A DNA stretch of 12,958 bases from Candidatus Micrarchaeia archaeon. GTDB taxonomy: Archaea > Micrarchaeota > Micrarchaeia > Micrarchaeales > CABMGC01. Under the pieces are notes generated by a model that searched no databases, had not been told where the DNA came from, and worked only from the letters and a program-made list of their open reading frames with translations. Both the position numbers and the translations under genes were made by a program. Shown piece by piece: positions 8,892 through 12,958 of this stretch (the first letter of the stretch is position 1; each line of letters starts with the position of its first letter). Location: positions 1-12,958 of the forward strand of contig JBMFIM010000018.1 in the NCBI GenBank assembly GCA_049976305.1, written 5' to 3'.

Positions 8892-10325
8892 TTATATTGC
8901 CTTTGCAGCGTTGGCCATTTTCAACGCTAGGCTTCTGTGGCTGTCTATGATGTTTACTTTTTCTTCAGGGTCCTCTTTTAAATCATACATTTCAGCCTTT
9001 TTATCCTTGTAAACGATTAGCTTTAAGCTCCGATAGTAAACTGCAGTGGCGAATTTGTTGAGAAAGAGCTTCGTTCTGTAGATCCTGTCGGCATATGAAG
9101 ACCTGCGCCTGAGAAGCCTGAGGAACTTCAAGTCCCAGAATTCAGTTATGCCGACATGGTCAGATATTACAAAATTGTCCCTCCTTAGCTTGCCGTTGAC
9201 TTCATCGGCTGTGCCATTTGCTATGTTGAGTATGGACTCGTGCAATGCAGTCAGGCTAACAGGCTTGCTTACTACCTCTCCGCTTGTTACCTGCTTGCCG
9301 TCTATGAAGCGGGCAGAGATCAGCGGCACATGAACAAGCTCCTCAAAAGGAAACATGTTGTGGTACATTAGCCCGTGCTCCATGAATGCCTGGCCGTGGT
9401 CGCTTGCCACTATTACTACGGCGTTGTCGAGTATGCCTGTCTGCTTCAGTGTGACAAATAGCCTTTTTATTTGGTCGTCTAAATAGCTAAGCCTTCTTGC
9501 ATATGCCTCCTTTATTATGTCGATGTCTTTTCCCTCAATGAGGCCCGCAAGGTAAAGCCACTTTTCCTGGTCCACATATCTCTTTGTTATTAGGTTTGTA
9601 GGATAGCCCTCATGGCCCTCCATGTAGTTTACGAAAATGAACTTGCTGGCATTGCCTGCCCTTCTTGCATAGCGCTCTATGGCCTTGTTAGTTTTCTTGG
9701 CACCGGCGTCGAGTTTGTAGAAGCCGTATCTTATTGCGAAGCGCTTGTCAAGCTTCCTCTTCAGGCTAAGGTACACTGCATCGAGGTGCTCCTTTGTAAG
9801 CAAGAGCGAAATAGCATAAGGAACCTTAATGAGCATATTCCTGAGCGTCTTGTTTGCCACGAGCTTAAGCTCGAAGCTGGAAAGCCTGCTCTTCCTTAGC
9901 TTTTCTTCTATCCACAGGTTTTTCACGTGCTCAAAGCCGTTTGTCAAGCCTGTTCCCTGGCTAAGGAAAGGATTGTTTGAAAATACCGCAGTGCTGTAGC
10001 CCAAATAGTTGAGCTTTGCAGCTAATGTAATTTCATTCTTCGGTATATACTTCACCTTCTCTACAAAAGGGTCTATCTTTTCGTCAAGGTTTCTGAGTGG
10101 GCTTTCTCTAAAAGCCTTTATGTCAAGGGTGCGCCTGTTGAGAAAAAGCGAGGCGTGCGATGGCGCGGTATAGGTGCTAGGCGCTATGGCCCTTTCATAC
10201 AATACCCCTTTTCTCGCAACGCCCTCAAGGAAAGGCATGCGGACTTTGCCGCCATAAGCGCGGAGATAGTCTGCCCTTACAGTGTCGAGAAGCAGAAAAA
10301 CTATGTTTGGCCTTTGACCCTTCAT
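8892..10325 (-). CDS. alkaline phosphatase-superfamily, sulfatase-like hydrolase/transferase (Thr nucleophile)
   Basis: Probable start is the ATG at 10325 (MKGQRPNIVFLLLDTVRAD), 1 nt after the dys stop; 477 aa. Motifs D-T-V-R-A-D, T-A-P-S-H, NYMEGH, SDHG, HVPL, YDLKEDPEEK. Confidence 0.88.
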   Translation of the reverse strand: MKGQRPNIVFLLLDTVRADYLRAYGGKVRMPFLEGVARKGVLYERAIAPSTYTAPSHASLFLNRRTLDIKAFRESPLRNLDEKIDPFVEKVKYIPKNEITLAAKLNYLGYSTAVFSNNPFLSQGTGLTNGFEHVKNLWIEEKLRKSRLSSFELKLVANKTLRNMLIKVPYAISLLLTKEHLDAVYLSLKRKLDKRFAIRYGFYKLDAGAKKTNKAIERYARRAGNASKFIFVNYMEGHEGYPTNLITKRYVDQEKWLYLAGLIEGKDIDIIKEAYARRLSYLDDQIKRLFVTLKQTGILDNAVVIVASDHGQAFMEHGLMYHNMFPFEELVHVPLISARFIDGKQVTSGEVVSKPVSLTALHESILNIANGTADEVNGKLRRDNFVISDHVGITEFWDLKFLRLLRRRSSYADRIYRTKLFLNKFATAVYYRSLKLIVYKDKKAEMYDLKEDPEEKVNIIDSHRSLALKMANAAKAI

Positions 10326-10326
10326 A

Positions 10327-11301
10327 TTACACCAGCCCTGCAGCCGCAAACATTACAGGAACTACTATTGTAGCGTCGCCGTCTATGGTTACATACTTTG
10401 CTTTTTCTTTCACTTTGCCCCACGAAACAGCTTCTGTAAGCCTCGCACCTGAAAGGCTTCCATCAAACTGGGTTGCTGTGGTTACATAAACTGCGTAGTC
10501 CAAGCCCCCCTTGAATTGGTTCCACCATATGACGTGGTGCTTGCTTATGCCGCCGCCTATCATAAACGCGCCAGTTACTTTGTTGTCGAATACGATGTTG
10601 CTTAAGTTAAGCTCATCCTTTACCAGGTCAAGCTTGAAATCGTGGTTCTGCGAATAAATGGCAATATGGGTTCCAAATGCGCCATCCAGTATGCCCGGGC
10701 AGAATATGGGCACCTTGTGCAAATATGCCTGCCTTAGTATGGAATTTTGGTCATTTATCCTTTTTCCAAATTCAAAAGCAAGCTCAGACGCCGTGTATGT
10801 GCTTTTCTTATTTGCTGCATATACCTCGTTCATAATCTCATAGAACTTCTTCTCGACTACAAAGCCGTAATCCTTCTGGCCTATGAAAACGTTTCCAAGC
10901 CTATAGATGTTTGCCTTGTGCAGTTCGGCATCGTTGGCGTAGAAAGTGCCAAGCCTGTACTTGCCACCGAAAGCCCTTGCAATATCGTGGTCGAACATGC
11001 CGCCAGTGGTTATTATCGCGTCGAAGTACTTGACGGCGCCGGCGAGCACGCCCCTCAAGCCAGTTGCAACTATGTCTGCCGGGAAGGAGAGGAAGTTGAA
11101 AGAGTCTTTGTCAGCAACCATTTCCTTGAGTATGTCAACCCCTGTTACCATGTGTTGCGCAGAAAATCCGCCGATATAGCGCATGGCTTCTACAAGCTCC
11201 TCTACACTCATTCCAGGCTTGAGCTTGACATCTTTGACCTCTTTTCCTAGATAGTTTTTGTTTGCCTCTCCGTACTTCAGCTTTATTCCCTTTTCTTTCA
11301 A
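10327..11301 (-). CDS. dys: deoxyhypusine synthase (aIF5A modification)
   Basis: 324 aa, TTG start preceded by GGGTGAT. TTGGMFDHD, GGGISKHH, DGSLSGA and EAVSWGK (catalytic Lys). Confidence 0.95.
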   Translation of the reverse strand: MKEKGIKLKYGEANKNYLGKEVKDVKLKPGMSVEELVEAMRYIGGFSAQHMVTGVDILKEMVADKDSFNFLSFPADIVATGLRGVLAGAVKYFDAIITTGGMFDHDIARAFGGKYRLGTFYANDAELHKANIYRLGNVFIGQKDYGFVVEKKFYEIMNEVYAANKKSTYTASELAFEFGKRINDQNSILRQAYLHKVPIFCPGILDGAFGTHIAIYSQNHDFKLDLVKDELNLSNIVFDNKVTGAFMIGGGISKHHVIWWNQFKGGLDYAVYVTTATQFDGSLSGARLTEAVSWGKVKEKAKYVTIDGDATIVVPVMFAAAGLV

Positions 11302-11305
11302 GATA

Positions 11306-11833
11306 TCACCCTTTCCTGAACTCCTCTATAACCCTATCCAAGCATATCCTAAGCCATGGGGTATAGTTTTGAGGGTTTTCCTCAACGTCCTTTTTTAGCA
11401 TGTCTAGGCTTATCCACTTATACGCCGAGGCCTCTTCCTTGTTTATGTTAGGCTCGCCATCGTATCTGCCGAAGATTACATGGTCGTATTCCCATTCGGT
11501 GAGGCCGTTGCCGACGTCGGCCCTGTAGATGAAAGAGAATTTCTCTTCCATGTCGCAATCAAAACCCATCTCCTCTTGGAGCCTTCTGTGCGCAGCTTCA
11601 ATTACAGCTTCGCCAGGTGCAGGGTGCGAGCAGCACGTGTTGCTCCATTTTCCTGCTGAGTGGTACTTGCCCTCTGCCCTTTTCTGGAGCATGGTCTCAC
11701 CTTTGGAATTGAACACAAATATGGAAAACGCCCTATGGAGCTTGCCGCCGTTTTTGTGGGCCTCAAGCTTGTCTTCTATGCCTACTTCGTTGTCGTGTTC
11801 GTCTACTAGTACCACCTTCTGCCTGTCTATCAA
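11306..11833 (-). CDS. idi: isopentenyl-diphosphate delta-isomerase, type 1 (Nudix fold)
   Basis: 175 aa, TTG start. AH...LHRAFS, WSNTCCSHP (catalytic Cys), RRLQEEMG, FIYRA, EWEYDHV (catalytic Glu), TPW. Confidence 0.95.
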   Translation of the reverse strand: MIDRQKVVLVDEHDNEVGIEDKLEAHKNGGKLHRAFSIFVFNSKGETMLQKRAEGKYHSAGKWSNTCCSHPAPGEAVIEAAHRRLQEEMGFDCDMEEKFSFIYRADVGNGLTEWEYDHVIFGRYDGEPNINKEEASAYKWISLDMLKKDVEENPQNYTPWLRICLDRVIEEFRKG

Positions 11834-11863
11834 GAAACCACAATATTCTTTTGCATGTTTAAT

Positions 11864-11879
11864 TTCTTATACTCTTCGT
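11864..11879 (-). promoter_or_regulatory. putative BRE/TATA promoter of the idi-dys-AlkP-metK operon
   Basis: Minus strand ACGAAGAG-TATAAGAA about 31 nt upstream of the idi TTG. The 9-mer AGTATAAGA also occurs upstream of gyrB (5303-5311). Confidence 0.4.
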
Positions 11880-11899
11880 TTTTGCAAGCTTTCTGAATG

Positions 11900-12067
11900 C
11901 AAGGTTGCGACTTCGGGCAGCGTGGAAGTTACGCTCAGGGATAGAGTATAAGTCCCGCAAGTGATTTTCGACGAACTGAGAACCGATAAACGCATCCTTT
12001 GCACAAAGCGGTGAGCGCACGAATGCAAAGGAAGCCCAAGCCATTTATGGGCGGATGTCACAAGGTT
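11900..12067 (+). repeat. 7-bp direct repeat CAAGGTT (11900-11906 and 12061-12067) bracketing the omegaRNA-like element
   Basis: Directly visible in the sequence. Confidence 0.8.
11907..12061 (+). mobile_element. IS200/IS605-family right-end remnant (decayed tnpB tail plus right-end hairpin); no transposase or nuclease gene
   Basis: The 3' end GAAG-CCCA(AGCCATTTA)TGGG-CGGATG-TCAC has the same layout as the IS608-type right end (guide tetranucleotide, hairpin, spacer, TCAN cleavage site). Broken translation GQRGSYAQG*SISP / ELRTDK / HPLHKAV resembles archaeal TnpB C-terminal tails (from memory). Confidence 0.7.
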
Positions 12068-12081
12068 AGCCGCACATATTA
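11907..12081 (+). ncRNA. putative orphan TnpB omegaRNA (reRNA) scaffold plus ~20-nt guide position
   Basis: Stems seen: CTCAG 11934-38/CTGAG 11976-80; GGGAT 11938-42/GTCCC 11952-56; TCCTTTGCA 11995-12003/TGCAAAGGA 12024-32; GCCCA 12034-38/TGGGC 12048-52; alternative AGCGTG/TACGCT 11919-35. Scaffold ends at TCAC 12061. Expression is unproven. Confidence 0.5.
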
Positions 12082-12106
12082 TATGCAGTGAGGGAATGAA
12101 CCAGGA

Positions 12107-12143
12107 GACAAAAGGGCCATGACAAAAGATGAGGCGACAAAAG
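12107..12143. repeat. three copies of GACAAAAG at 14-15-nt period
   Basis: Exact copies at 12107-12114, 12121-12128 and 12136-12143; a degenerate GACACCGAAG follows at 12155. Confidence 0.75.
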
Positions 12144-12204
12144 AAGTTATAATCGACACCGAAGCCAAGCCTAAAACGCCTAAATGAATCAAGCAAGAAA
12201 TCAA

Positions 12205-12232
12205 GAAAAGTGAATATAAAAAATAAAACAAT
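12205..12232 (-). terminator. oligo-U archaeal terminator region for the upstream surface-protein gene
   Basis: Minus strand TTGTTTTATTTTTTATATTCACTTTTC immediately downstream of the TAG at 12240. Confidence 0.45.
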
Positions 12233-12239
12233 CAACCTG

Positions 12240-12958
12240 CTAGTGCTTTCTTCGTCTGCTTCTTGATGCGTAGTAAGCCACTATTACTACTACAATTGCC
12301 ACTATGATTATTGTTGCTACTATTAACCATAGGTTGCTCTTTGTCGGTGTTGGAGTTGGTGTCGGCAAAACTGTAGTAGTGGGCACTGTGCTTGTTGTGG
12401 GCACTGAGGTTGTCGGCACGGTTGTGGTTGTTGTTGCTACTGTCTTGGACAATATGCCTACGAGCGGATCCTTTGGAACTACAAAGGTTATCGCGCACGT
12501 TGCAGGGTTGACTGTATATTGAGCTATCTGGGTCCATGTGCCGTTCTTATAGATGAATGGTGCCACGCTTGATGCCGGCGTGCTGCACGGATATGTCATG
12601 CTTACATTTGTGCTGACGCTTACATTTGCGCTTATTGTCAAGTTAAGCGCCTTCAGCACAGTGTAATTTGCAGGAGGCTTTGGCGCTGTGCTTGTTGCGT
12701 TTGCCGCATATATAGTTACAGGTGCAGGCGTGCTCGATGGCGTGCTGATATAGATTATTGCTTGCTCGTTTGTAAAGTTCACTACTACTGGCGATGTAGC
12801 AGAGATGGTCTTGTTAACGCTGCCAGAGGCGCCGGTTATTGATACAGATGTTACAGGAACCACCGTTGTGGTAGTGGTAGGTGTTGTGGTTACTGTGGTT
12901 GTTGGCACAGTAGTTGTGATCACGCCGCCGACACTAGGTGTTGTGGTTACTGTGGTTG
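12240..12958 (-). CDS. 5'-truncated membrane-anchored surface glycoprotein (Thr/Pro-rich linkers, small beta domain, C-terminal TM helix plus basic tail)
   Basis: The frame is open to the window edge (...TTVTTTPSVGGVITTTVP...). 8 N-x-S/T sequons and 2 Cys in a ~125-aa domain; TM segment LWLIVATIIIVAIVVVIVAYYA followed by SRSRRRKH. Confidence 0.88.
   Translation of the reverse strand, partial: TTVTTTPSVGGVITTTVPTTTVTTTPTTTTTVVPVTSVSITGASGSVNKTISATSPVVVNFTNEQAIIYISTPSSTPAPVTIYAANATSTAPKPPANYTVLKALNLTISANVSVSTNVSMTYPCSTPASSVAPFIYKNGTWTQIAQYTVNPATCAITFVVPKDPLVGILSKTVATTTTTVPTTSVPTTSTVPTTTVLPTPTPTPTKSNLWLIVATIIIVAIVVVIVAYYASRSRRRKH
12878..12958. repeat. perfect direct repeat of at least 24 bp at 57-bp period within the Thr-rich linker
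   Basis: TAGGTGTTGTGGTTACTGTGGTTG at 12878-12901 and 12935-12958; the second copy runs into the window edge. Confidence 0.9.

Noticed and set aside
10326..10349. Longer start (10349) for the AlkP-family gene
   Set aside because: It overlaps the dys 3' end; the ATG at 10325 gives the typical xxPNIV N-terminus and stop-start coupling.
946..11250. Many shadow ORFs opposite or within gyrA, gyrB, tuf, metK and dys (e.g. 3728-4348)
   Set aside because: Antisense or frame-shifted by-products of codon bias in well-supported genes; no motifs or initiation signals.
11900..12075. RNase P RNA, SRP RNA or hammerhead ribozyme
   Set aside because: GGAAGTTACGC resembles the RNase P P4 5' strand but has no 3' partner; no SRP helix-8 motif; CTGAGAA does not fit CUGANGA. 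The IS right-end layout fits better.
12107..12164. CRISPR mini-array
   Set aside because: Repeats (8 nt) and spacers (6-7 nt) are far too short, and there are no cas genes.
11859..12235. ORFs 11859-12044, 11867-12235 and 11529-11951
   Set aside because: No recognisable protein features; they overlap the structured element or lie antisense to idi.

Overview
Archaeal window, most likely DPANN (Micrarchaeota-like). This assignment is inferred from archaeal EF-1alpha, uS10 and deoxyhypusine synthase occurring with bacterial-type gyrase, MetK and IDI-1, plus Thr/Ser-rich surface proteins. From left to right: the 3' part of a DUF2341-like surface protein (+) whose stop overlaps the gyrA stop; gyrA and gyrB (-), with a small HExxH metalloprotease gene upstream of gyrB; a stand-alone tuf-rpsJ unit (+); a tight minus-strand operon idi-dys-AlkP/sulfatase-like-metK; a ~400-nt intergenic region; and the 3' part of a membrane-anchored glycoprotein (-). 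Three signals stand out. (1) A ~155-nt structured element (11907-12061) has IS200/IS605 right-end/TnpB omegaRNA architecture but no tnpB or tnpA, and is flanked by a 6-7-bp direct repeat. (2) A sharply bounded ~490-nt segment with different codon usage sits in frame inside the first surface-protein gene, suggesting a swapped variable cassette. (3) MetK has a paired A41D/E56Q change in the methionine pocket. All counts are by hand, family assignments come from motif recognition, and no database searches were run.
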